Positions 26,198 through 35,299 of a stretch of DNA of 64,000 nucleotides are shown here, one piece after another (within the stretch, counting starts at the first letter, position 1; each line of letters begins with the position of its first letter). Location of the stretch: the IMG/VR virus record IMGVR_UViG_3300028596_000001, one strand, 5' to 3'. The notes below the pieces were generated by a model. It did not search any database. It saw only the letters and a program-made list of their open reading frames with translations, and had not been told where the DNA came from. This DNA is from a virus. Its lineage: Duplodnaviria; Caudoviricetes. The position numbers and the translations under genes are program-made.

Positions 26198-26491
26198 ATG
26201 AGCATCTCCCAGGTCAAAGTCGAACGCACCAGCGAAACCCACGTGCTGGGTACTGCACAACTGGCCCACTCTAAAGGAACTGAAGAAGTTCATTTCGTGG
26301 CGCCGAAGCCAGCAGAAGAAAACTTCGACGGCGAACAAAAACTGGATCACGAAGCCCGTTACTTCTCCAGTCCCCTGATTGCCCGCACCAGCTGGGAAGA
26401 CCTGTCGAAGAGCGTTGACATCGTGCCCGCCTTTACCGGCCGTAGTCTGACCCTGATGCAAGAGCACCTCGCCAAGAACTTCAAGGCGTAA
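26198..26491 (+). CDS. Hypothetical protein, 97 aa
   Basis: ORF with strong codon bias ending at a bidirectional hairpin. Confidence 0.65.
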   Translation: MSISQVKVERTSETHVLGTAQLAHSKGTEEVHFVAPKPAEENFDGEQKLDHEARYFSSPLIARTSWEDLSKSVDIVPAFTGRSLTLMQEHLAKNFKA

Positions 26492-26496
26492 TAGTT

Positions 26497-26534
26497 CTAT
26501 ACCCTCCTGGCCTTTGCGGGCCAGGAGGGTATAG
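26497..26534. terminator. Bidirectional terminator after terL
   Basis: 16-bp perfect stem CTATACCCTCCTGGCC/GGCCAGGAGGGTATAG. Confidence 0.8.
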
Positions 26535-26538
26535 TCCT

Positions 26539-29500
26539 TTATGCTGCGCGTTTATGTTGCAGGATGCGTTTGGCCCTTTCGACTTTGGCGTTTTCCAGCA
26601 GGGTATCCACGGTCAACAGCTTCGCAGTATCTGGTGGGAGCAGCTTAGACATCTTGTGAATCTCTGCCTCCAGCCTGAGTGCTAGGATGTTGTCGTTGGT
26701 CTTCAACAACTCTTCCGTGAGGTTATGAATCCGCAACCGCACGTTCTCGAAGAATTGCATGATGCTTGGATCCACTGGCTTCTCTTCCTTGTTCTTACCG
26801 ACGTCCAAGAGGTTCTTGGTATCAGTAAGTGCCAGTGCTGCGGTAATGCCGTAGTAAGGCTTGTTACCACCCAGCTTGATGAACCAGTAGGTGAGCAACC
26901 AAGCAATTACCAAGTCGTCGTGTTGTTTGCTATCGTGGTCGATCCGGTCGCCCTTAGTCCTTAGGTTGATCAGTTCGTCCGCCAGCTTGTCGTAGTTGAT
27001 ACCGTAACCAGTTACCGCCACTGCTTCCTGAATCAACCCATACAACACTTCACGCGATTTAGCCGTCGTGTTAAAGCCGAACAGGTGTTTGAGTTTCAGG
27101 TAAAAGTTCTTGTCGCGGTAGCTGAACTTGGTGTTCTGTACCATCTCCAACTCTTTCTGGTGCAGAGCCGGGTTCTGATACACCTGGTTGTAGATCCGGG
27201 TAAATGGATCCATGCCTTTACTAGGCAACAGAATCAACAGACTGTCGATCATGTGGTGGGCGTAGTTACGCTCAATGACCAACACACTGTTCTGCAACAC
27301 TTGCAGCATATCCACGATAATGGCTGTAACGTCGTCGAGCATGGCCAGAGCATATCGACCTACCCCTACGACTCTACCCGTCTTCATGGAACGGATGATC
27401 ATGGTGCAGGCGTCTTTGTTAACCGCCGACGAAGTATCCACCCCAATGATGAAGTGGTCGTTGTATTCCTTCTTGCTCATCTCCATGAGCTTTTCTTGTG
27501 TAACGAAGAAGTCAACGAACAAACCGCTATTGCGATACTCCTTACTCCAGACCCGATCGCGTTTGACGTTGTTAATGGCTTCCCGCGTCACGTCGTCAAA
27601 CAGTCGGTTCTCACCATCTTCCACCCACATCAACAACAAGTCGATCTTCGCCTTAGACAGACTAAGGTTCAGTTCGTCAATGGTCTTCTTTACCCAGTCC
27701 TTGTTCTTGCCAAGTTGTAGGTAGTTGTAAACCATCGAAACAGCAGGAGCGGTAGTACGTTCTGGGGATGCCTTGATCAAGCGGTCCTTGAGATGGCTCT
27801 CGCTGTACGAGTCGAAGAACTTCTCACGCCATTCGGTAGCCGACATGAGTTTCTTGAACATGAAATCGCCACTTGGGTGGAGAGTCGTGTTCGGGGTGGT
27901 GATGTACCCAATACCGTATGGGATGCCAGCTTCGCGACAGAGTTCCATTTCCGTCAATGCAGAAGGCATCGCACCGTTGATGATCTCCTCGATCCACTGA
28001 ATGTAACCTGGTTCGTCGAGGAAGGTAGTGCCTACGGTCAAACCCCGTCCAACGTCGCCAGCGGCATCTTTACCGATCTGTGGTACGTTGATGGTCAGGG
28101 TGTTTACCTTGTCGTCACCAAAGGCTTTGTAGTTGAGGTACGTACCTGCGTCTTTGTCCTTGTACGTGGGGTTAACCAAATACGTCGGGATACAACTACG
28201 CATCCGTTTAACAGCATCAATGAACTGTGCACGGTTATCACTCTTCAGAGTAATTACGTGGGTCTTGTAACCACGACCATTGATGTACGTCAACCAGAAG
28301 TTGATCACCTGCACCGATACAGTGTTGTGGGTAACAATGAAGTCATCCGTTACGTACAGATGTTCTTCGTTATCCACCTCGATGCAAGTACACTCATCGT
28401 CACCAGCATAAGTGATACTTTCAACGAACAACTGGTTAGGAGCAGTTACTTCCTTTCCCTTGGTAAAGCGATAGTAGTCGATACCTTCAGGCAGTGTGAT
28501 TAACACACCGTCTTCGACCTTCTTCGCTGTACCACCCAGACTACGAGCCAGGTATTGGAGTTGCTGTACTATGACCTTGTTGTCCGTCTGGTAGAGCATA
28601 CCCTGTGGGGTAGCCTCCCCGCGGTCGAGAAACGCCTGCAGCAGCTCCACACGGTCCTTTATAGGACCTTCCAGGTAGTCTTGCGGTACGCCCGGCGATT
28701 GACTGATGGTCATCTCATCTTTGTTGGCCATTTGCAGGTAATAGTTATCACCTTCGACGACAAACTTCAGATGTTTAGGCAACTTGGTCATCAAATAACT
28801 GACGAGTTTGTCAGTAACGTGACTCAGCTTGATCTTGCCGTCGACATAATGGTTAGCAAACAACAACCCCATCACATATGGACGCATGCTGCGTTTCTGT
28901 TGAGGGCCGTCTTCCGGTTCAATCAACGGCAGCTCGATCTTGATACCCTTCTTGATACGGGTAATCATTTGCGCTGTGGAATACTCATCCCAAATCGCAT
29001 TATCGTTCAACGTGTTGGAATAGTCAGCCACGTTCCACAGGTGTTCGGCGCCAGCGTCAGTAGAACGCCCGTCAGAGCACTTAACTGTGTATAGACGCTT
29101 CGTACCCTGGGGGTGGATGCCAATGACCGTGGTGACCTTACCAGAGCGGTCTATGACGTCATCGCCAATACGCAGGTCTTTGATCTTGACCCAGCAGTGC
29201 CCTGGTAGTTGATTACCGTTGCGGCTTTTAGCCTTAACCCGCACCTTACTACTGTTACGCTGGAACTTGCCCTGTTGACGAGGCATGATCATGTAAGTGG
29301 TAATGTGGTTCAGGTAGTTCCAGATGAAACTGATGTTCCCCCGGTTAGCCTGGAAGAACCGATCACTACGTACCTTACATACTTCCCGCAGGAAGTACCA
29401 GAAGTTGGTTCGTGATTCCTCCATGATCCACGCGGTCTGCTCGTTAGTCAGATCTTCAGCGTATGGATCTACCCCTTTCAACATGGGGTTGTTCAATTGC

Positions 29501-29823
29501 AAGCAGAAGAAGTAGTTCTTAATTCCCTGCTTACGGAAAATCTCAGCGGTACGTAGGAAACTAGTGTTCTTAGTATCCAGGTCCGGCACCGCACGATAAC
29601 GAGCAAAGTCTTTCAGGAACCGAGCGGTACGGATGCTGTAGAGACTGTCTTCGTTATAGTGCGCCAGCAGTGTTTCGTCGTCCGTACGTGCGTGAGACTC
29701 CACACGTTTGATCTGGTCGTCAATCAGAACCTTGGGGAGGTTATGCGCTCCTAGGTAGTTCTGTAGATTTTTCGCCGTCTCGAGTAACTTAGCATACTCC
29801 TCATTCACGAGAATTACCCCCAA
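26539..29823 (-). CDS. terL: Terminase large subunit (phiKZ gp25-like), intein-containing precursor, 1094 aa
   Basis: Walker A PRQQGK|T split by an intein, Walker B TTFLDE, ITTPN coupling motif, RNase H-like nuclease motifs IIGVDTS and HDDLVIA. Confidence 0.93.
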   Translation of the reverse strand: MGVILVNEEYAKLLETAKNLQNYLGAHNLPKVLIDDQIKRVESHARTDDETLLAHYNEDSLYSIRTARFLKDFARYRAVPDLDTKNTSFLRTAEIFRKQGIKNYFFCLQLNNPMLKGVDPYAEDLTNEQTAWIMEESRTNFWYFLREVCKVRSDRFFQANRGNISFIWNYLNHITTYMIMPRQQGKFQRNSSKVRVKAKSRNGNQLPGHCWVKIKDLRIGDDVIDRSGKVTTVIGIHPQGTKRLYTVKCSDGRSTDAGAEHLWNVADYSNTLNDNAIWDEYSTAQMITRIKKGIKIELPLIEPEDGPQQKRSMRPYVMGLLFANHYVDGKIKLSHVTDKLVSYLMTKLPKHLKFVVEGDNYYLQMANKDEMTISQSPGVPQDYLEGPIKDRVELLQAFLDRGEATPQGMLYQTDNKVIVQQLQYLARSLGGTAKKVEDGVLITLPEGIDYYRFTKGKEVTAPNQLFVESITYAGDDECTCIEVDNEEHLYVTDDFIVTHNTVSVQVINFWLTYINGRGYKTHVITLKSDNRAQFIDAVKRMRSCIPTYLVNPTYKDKDAGTYLNYKAFGDDKVNTLTINVPQIGKDAAGDVGRGLTVGTTFLDEPGYIQWIEEIINGAMPSALTEMELCREAGIPYGIGYITTPNTTLHPSGDFMFKKLMSATEWREKFFDSYSESHLKDRLIKASPERTTAPAVSMVYNYLQLGKNKDWVKKTIDELNLSLSKAKIDLLLMWVEDGENRLFDDVTREAINNVKRDRVWSKEYRNSGLFVDFFVTQEKLMEMSKKEYNDHFIIGVDTSSAVNKDACTMIIRSMKTGRVVGVGRYALAMLDDVTAIIVDMLQVLQNSVLVIERNYAHHMIDSLLILLPSKGMDPFTRIYNQVYQNPALHQKELEMVQNTKFSYRDKNFYLKLKHLFGFNTTAKSREVLYGLIQEAVAVTGYGINYDKLADELINLRTKGDRIDHDSKQHDDLVIAWLLTYWFIKLGGNKPYYGITAALALTDTKNLLDVGKNKEEKPVDPSIMQFFENVRLRIHNLTEELLKTNDNILALRLEAEIHKMSKLLPPDTAKLLTVDTLLENAKVERAKRILQHKRAA
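28324..29265 (-). mobile_element. Class 3 intein (314 aa) in terminase Walker A, with a degenerate LAGLIDADG domain
   Basis: Begins FQRNSS after GK and ends VTHN before Thr+1. WCT signature: AEHLW (block B), CTCIEV (block F Cys), THN (block G). Remnant endonuclease blocks PYVMGLLFAN, LLQAFLDRG and LQYLARSLGG. Confidence 0.92.
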
Positions 29824-29837
29824 GCGGTTAAAAAGGT

Positions 29838-29872
29838 AACTAACCTACCGGGGGATACCCGGTAGGTTAGTT
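29838..29872 (-). terminator. Terminator upstream of terL
   Basis: 15-bp perfect stem AACTAACCTACCGGG/CCCGGTAGGTTAGTT plus T tract. Confidence 0.7.
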
Positions 29873-29884
29873 TGTACGTAAGAT

Positions 29885-31603
29885 TTACACAGTAACGATT
29901 ACACCGGTGGAAGCCAGTTGCAGCTCCTTACCGCTACCATCACGATTCACCCACACAATGTACCAAGTTTTGCCTGGTTGCATGGAGATAGTGATCGGCA
30001 GATCCTTGTTCCAGTCAGCCAGAGGGTACAGCCATTTACGGCCATCCTCGTGCATCAGGTAGAAGTGCGTTGGGCTAGGAGCCTTCTCCTCGTTCCAAGT
30101 ATCGTAACTTGGGTAGACGCCCCAGAACAACGCATTCAGCCAATCCACTTGCTTGGTGAAACCGTTGGTAACGTTGGCCTTACTGCTGGCACCGTTGTTG
30201 GTAGCCTTCAGGTTCAGAGCTTGATAGGTAGGCTTGTCGAAGACGAAGCTCACGTCAAACTTCTTACCGGCAGTATTGAGGTCACGGTACAGCACGATCT
30301 CGGTGTACTGGACGAACGTAGCACTCACGTAAGTAGGCGCCACGTCCCGCAGGTTGATGTTGAAGATCAAGCTCTGCGCCACACCGTAGGAACTCGGACG
30401 CCAGGCAGGGCTTTGATCGTTCATGGTAACCTTGTCGGATACGTCGATGAACGTCTTACGATCCAGGTCATACAGGAAGTGCTGCAGTCGGTAACCGTTG
30501 ATCGCAGTATCCCATTGCGGGTAGGTGTACAACCGTGGGGCGTAAGCACCATCCACGTTACCTGCTTCCAGGGAATACGTACGACGTTCGAACAGCGGGC
30601 TACCAGGACGGGCCTCGTAGAACTGCTCGTTAGGCGACAGCTTGTAGATCAACACCACTTCGTTGGTCTGACCAGGGAAGGTTGGACGGTGTTCCTGCAA
30701 ACCTTCCAGAACGAACTTCTCACCGTTAACCGGCATTGGTCCAGAAGTAGTACCGTCGCTGTACAGCACCTCAGCACGGAGTTCCAGTGCCAACAGGTTA
30801 ACGTTGATTGGAACGATGATCTTGCCTGGCTGGTTACTGTTACTGAACCATGGAGCCAACAGACGGATCTCGGTAACGTACTTGATACCAACGCGGTGGT
30901 CTTTCATGTACGCCGAATGCTGTACTCGCACCAACTGTCCAGGAGGAATGAAGTTACCCCCTTGGTCGAAGAATGCCAGGAAGCATTGAGTGCCGTTAAC
31001 CAGCGACTCCTCGTTCTCAGTCACACTGAACTGGCCAGTGGTCTTGATCTCCAGGTTGGTCCGATCCACGATCTCCGCCAAAGGCGTCGGGATCTTGTTG
31101 GTCTGCATCACCCCACCCTGGTCATACACCGCGGAGATAATCTTTCCTTCATCGCCTGGGGTATTACCTTTGTAGAGCAATGCGTAAGCAGCACCCGGCC
31201 GCATGATGGTCGCGTCGACACGAGCCACGTTTGGACGCACACTGAAGTCAACAGCCAACAGTGCCTCGCCAAGCATTGGACCGCCCTTAATGCCGAACAC
31301 CCAATCCTGCTCGAGGACGTTCTCATCATTAGGGTTGTTGTTCTGCCAAGGCACCAAGGTAGCTTTGAGGGTACCCTCGTAGTCCACTTTGGCACAGCGA
31401 TACCAATAACCTCGATCAACGTCGAGAATCAACTGGTTCTCGAAAGGAACCACGTAGTTATCTTTTTCCGAAACGTCGTGGATATCAGGGTTGTACATAT
31501 CCTCAATATAGAGGATAGTCCGGCGCTCTCCTTGGTTGCGTTGTGTGGGGGCAAGTGCCGCCACCGCGCCCGTGGCGGAGCTGTTCGGTTTACTATCGAA
31601 CAT
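29885..31603 (-). CDS. Virion structural protein (phiKZ gp26-like, baseplate/tail), 572 aa
   Basis: Long ORF in the conserved three-gene block between sheath and terL; label is synteny only. Confidence 0.65.
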   Translation of the reverse strand: MFDSKPNSSATGAVAALAPTQRNQGERRTILYIEDMYNPDIHDVSEKDNYVVPFENQLILDVDRGYWYRCAKVDYEGTLKATLVPWQNNNPNDENVLEQDWVFGIKGGPMLGEALLAVDFSVRPNVARVDATIMRPGAAYALLYKGNTPGDEGKIISAVYDQGGVMQTNKIPTPLAEIVDRTNLEIKTTGQFSVTENEESLVNGTQCFLAFFDQGGNFIPPGQLVRVQHSAYMKDHRVGIKYVTEIRLLAPWFSNSNQPGKIIVPINVNLLALELRAEVLYSDGTTSGPMPVNGEKFVLEGLQEHRPTFPGQTNEVVLIYKLSPNEQFYEARPGSPLFERRTYSLEAGNVDGAYAPRLYTYPQWDTAINGYRLQHFLYDLDRKTFIDVSDKVTMNDQSPAWRPSSYGVAQSLIFNINLRDVAPTYVSATFVQYTEIVLYRDLNTAGKKFDVSFVFDKPTYQALNLKATNNGASSKANVTNGFTKQVDWLNALFWGVYPSYDTWNEEKAPSPTHFYLMHEDGRKWLYPLADWNKDLPITISMQPGKTWYIVWVNRDGSGKELQLASTGVIVTV

Positions 31604-34271
31604 TATCGTTTACCTCGTAATGCCCTTCAATAGAGCAAACGGAATTAAGGAAAAGGTCATTCGCCTTACGGATGAACACGAACTCTTTAGCGGTTACCAC
31701 AGGAACATTGAAGTTCGCGTATGGCATGATCGCAAAGTAACGCAGGTCGTATTCCAAGATGACCGGGTCATACTTCAACCACCAGATGTAGTTCTTGACC
31801 AAGTCCTTCACTTGTTGATCGCTGAAAGTAGTTTCCCCTTCCCCGAAATCAGGAACAACCAGCAACCGGTTAAGGATTGCGTTGGTGACTACGTTCAAGA
31901 ATGGACTGTACAGACGGTACTTGTCTTGCAGGTTAGGTACTACTGGAGTACCACGGCCCACAGGACGCACCGGAGTCCCTTGCTCGTAGAGGATCTCTTC
32001 TGCGTTGTTACGAGGCTTCGGCAGATACTCGGTCAGGTAATCGCTCACCCGCTGGTCGGTCTCCCGGCTGCGCTTGCGCATTGGGAAACTCTTGAAATCC
32101 TCTACCCATTTAACCGGGCAGTAGATATGCTTGACACAGTACGGACGACCGTTCAATTCACCCCACTGATCATCTGGTACTTCGCGCTCAGCGCGGGGTA
32201 CTTCGTCGGTCAGGTAAAGGGCTCCATTAATAACTGTACGAGTAACTCGATCACCGCGCAAGTTATAACGATCGAAGCGGCCAATAACCCCGCCGTCCAC
32301 GAACCCAAGCTCGGTGTCAGCGTTAGGTCTAACCAAATTATCGTAGAAACCATGCGCTCGTACAGTGATCTCTTGTGCCCCATCGACAATAAACTCCTTA
32401 TTGTTAATGTAGCAATATTGGTTATCCCAAACCCAGTCCACGTTCTCGATGAGCGGATGACCATTCAACCACAGGTCCACTTCCGCGAAACTGTAGGGGA
32501 AGATCTGCCCACCACCGGCATAGATCTCAGTAAGAGCAAAGGCCAAACTGTGATCGATGTGCTCCAGGGTAAAGGTGTACGCCAGGGTCTTCTTGTTGGT
32601 TGCCAAGATCCCCCGTTGGTTAACACGGTCCAGCCCTTTCCAGGAAACCCGGCCATTGGAGATAACGTAAATCTTGTCATCCCCGGTAACGTCCTTCCAC
32701 GGACCAACGATCTTCTTCAGATCGATGTTGTAGTCGGATACGTAAACCCGCAGGTCGTAAGTAGAGCTAACCACAGTATCCACGTTGGTTACCGTGATAT
32801 CCACCGTTCGACCGAAGTGACCGATAGTGAACTCCACCAGCTTACAGTTGGTATGCACCGGACTGTAGTACCGTGCATTGGTCTGGTTGTAGTAACCAAC
32901 CAACTTACCGTTCTCGTCGTGTTCCCATGCCGTGCATTTCTCACGGTAGGTTTCTGGGATCTCCACCCCACGACCACCCAAGAGGTATTCTGCTCGGATA
33001 GGGGTTTCGCTCAGCACACGAGTAGCAGCGTTGTAACCGATGGCTGGGTTAGCCTTAGCCCGAGTGATCTCCCGATACTGCAACCGGGTAAAGCTCAGTA
33101 CCGAACCAGACTCCAGGCCATTAGCCGTCCACTCAGGCACCAGAGCACGAGGACCGGTCATGGCACGGAGGATATCCGCATCAGGCATGCGGTACAGATA
33201 ACGGAGACGCTGGTGGTCATGAGGCCACTGGTATTCCCAATCGCTCTTACGCACCAGTACCGTGATCTGAATATCATCTACCTTGGCCAGGTCCGGATGA
33301 TAGGTAGCTGCGTTCTGAATGAACTCGTCGGCAATCGCCACGTCACAGTGAGTCAACTGGCGTACAGCGGTAGCATCGTTTCGAGGCAACAACAGACCAC
33401 GGTTGTTACGTGCAGTCAGGTAATAGTCGTTGTCGTCGAAGTAGCGAATGGTGAAATCACCCTTGACCTTAGGCGGATGGATAATCAGCTTACGCTTCTT
33501 GTCCAGATCCGAATGGAAGTCTTTCAGGTTCTTGTACGCGTAAGTCTCTACCCGCACTACCGAAGGATCGTGCCAGATCTCAACGATGTCACCTTGCGCC
33601 AACCCAGGAATAACGTTAGGAGCTCCTTTAAAGAAAGCCCCGTTATGGAACACCCCGGTGTAACCAGGCTTGGCCTTCAACCAGGTGTAACGGCTCATGA
33701 AGATAGCCATTTCATTCTGGTTAGCGTAAGTCATGGTTTCGTAGACAAACGGGTTATCGTCGTCTTCGCTGTGCTCCCACTTGTCCACTGGACTGCTAGG
33801 AGTGTAGCAACGGAACCACATTTCTTGGCTGTAGGGGATGGTGTATTGCTTGAACTTCTCGAAAGCAATCAGCACCAAACCGTCGTAGGTGTGCATGACC
33901 CAAGCATGGCTTCGGCTGTACATCGACCCTTTAGCGTTGTAGAGATCCAGTTGGACCCCACGCTTACGACACAACCGCCCCAGGTTAACCCAACGGTCCA
34001 GTGGGTTCTTACCGAGCACACTGTTCTTGAAGTTCCAGTAACCAGGAACCAGGCCAGCCGCACTGAACACGTGGAAAGTACGATCTTCCCGTGGCAATGC
34101 GCGCCAGCGATTCATGTAACTGTAGTTCTGGACCACGCCTGCGTCAGGAGTAACCCGTACCAACTTAACTTGATATTGTCCGTTTTCCTCTGGGTTACCC
34201 CAGATATGACTTTGCGCATACTCCACCAACGGAGTGCCGTCTTCTGGACTTCTTTGGCTCATCCGGTTCAC
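31593..34271 (-). CDS. Virion structural protein (phiKZ gp27-like), 892 aa
   Basis: Long ORF with overlapping start/stop junctions on both sides; synteny. Confidence 0.65.
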   Translation of the reverse strand: MNRMSQRSPEDGTPLVEYAQSHIWGNPEENGQYQVKLVRVTPDAGVVQNYSYMNRWRALPREDRTFHVFSAAGLVPGYWNFKNSVLGKNPLDRWVNLGRLCRKRGVQLDLYNAKGSMYSRSHAWVMHTYDGLVLIAFEKFKQYTIPYSQEMWFRCYTPSSPVDKWEHSEDDDNPFVYETMTYANQNEMAIFMSRYTWLKAKPGYTGVFHNGAFFKGAPNVIPGLAQGDIVEIWHDPSVVRVETYAYKNLKDFHSDLDKKRKLIIHPPKVKGDFTIRYFDDNDYYLTARNNRGLLLPRNDATAVRQLTHCDVAIADEFIQNAATYHPDLAKVDDIQITVLVRKSDWEYQWPHDHQRLRYLYRMPDADILRAMTGPRALVPEWTANGLESGSVLSFTRLQYREITRAKANPAIGYNAATRVLSETPIRAEYLLGGRGVEIPETYREKCTAWEHDENGKLVGYYNQTNARYYSPVHTNCKLVEFTIGHFGRTVDITVTNVDTVVSSTYDLRVYVSDYNIDLKKIVGPWKDVTGDDKIYVISNGRVSWKGLDRVNQRGILATNKKTLAYTFTLEHIDHSLAFALTEIYAGGGQIFPYSFAEVDLWLNGHPLIENVDWVWDNQYCYINNKEFIVDGAQEITVRAHGFYDNLVRPNADTELGFVDGGVIGRFDRYNLRGDRVTRTVINGALYLTDEVPRAEREVPDDQWGELNGRPYCVKHIYCPVKWVEDFKSFPMRKRSRETDQRVSDYLTEYLPKPRNNAEEILYEQGTPVRPVGRGTPVVPNLQDKYRLYSPFLNVVTNAILNRLLVVPDFGEGETTFSDQQVKDLVKNYIWWLKYDPVILEYDLRYFAIMPYANFNVPVVTAKEFVFIRKANDLFLNSVCSIEGHYEVNDNVR

Positions 34272-35182
34272 CCATTGAGGTCGTAGGTATAATCGATCTT
34301 GAGTTCAAAGGTTTTCAAAATGTCCTTGTTGTACTTGGGATCCAGCGCCAAGCCGAGAGGAGTTTTGTTGTAGCCTTTAAATACGATCGCCCCATAAACA
34401 AATGCAGTAAACAAACAAGGTGCCTCAGTAGCAGCACCAACCACATGACGACCCAGGGCAGCGAAAGTAAAGCCACTGACCAAATGCAGGAAGTCTTTGA
34501 AACTAACAGTCTTCAACTTGTACAAGGTTGGGTTTTCGATAATCGCCTTGTGCAGTTCTACCATTGTCGGTAGACGGCCCAGGTCTTCGATAACACCCAA
34601 CACGAAACCTTTATCAGTACCGAAGATCTCACGGACCACGTTAACGGTCACCAATTCGAGATCGGAGTTAACCGGTTCTTCCAACCCGATGAAGTAGTAG
34701 GCCAGCAACACCTTGAGGGTGAGTGCCTCTTCACTTGCCATTGGGTTACGACCGATCATGCTGCTGCTACCCAGGTTACCCCGGTTAATGATCAGACTAC
34801 CCAACGAATCGGCAAAAGCTTTAGTAGCGACGTTACGTGCTTGCTTCAGCGGAGTCAGATTACCCGTCGCCACGTCTTGCTGCAAGAACGCTGTTAGCTT
34901 CATTACAGTCATTTCGTTGGAGTTAGTAACCTGATTGTTGCTCTCATTACGGTAAGGACGCTCGTCATATACCGTAATCATCTTCCGGTTGTACGCTTGG
35001 AACGTCAACGGGAAAGCGAAGACTTCGATGGGCAACTTATTTTCGTGAGTGATCACGAACACCCCGTCTTTCTTGGTCGGGGTAAGACTTTGACTGATGT
35101 GCAAGGCCTGAATGGTGGCCTCTACTTTGTTAGCCACGCGGTATGGCTTTCCAAAAGTAGTGTTGTACGCGTCGATTTGCAT
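34268..35182 (-). CDS. Virion structural protein (phiKZ gp28-like), 304 aa
   Basis: ORF with a GAGG RBS, divergent from the sheath gene; synteny. Confidence 0.65.
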   Translation of the reverse strand: MQIDAYNTTFGKPYRVANKVEATIQALHISQSLTPTKKDGVFVITHENKLPIEVFAFPLTFQAYNRKMITVYDERPYRNESNNQVTNSNEMTVMKLTAFLQQDVATGNLTPLKQARNVATKAFADSLGSLIINRGNLGSSSMIGRNPMASEEALTLKVLLAYYFIGLEEPVNSDLELVTVNVVREIFGTDKGFVLGVIEDLGRLPTMVELHKAIIENPTLYKLKTVSFKDFLHLVSGFTFAALGRHVVGAATEAPCLFTAFVYGAIVFKGYNKTPLGLALDPKYNKDILKTFELKIDYTYDLNG

Positions 35183-35299
35183 CGCTGAACCTCATCGAAA
35201 TAATATGTTATGTGCCAGTGATAAAACACACTGAACGGCCCATAAAGGCTTGCATACGATTGTTTTAGGACCCCCTTCCGAACGTTCAAGAGGTTCAAC

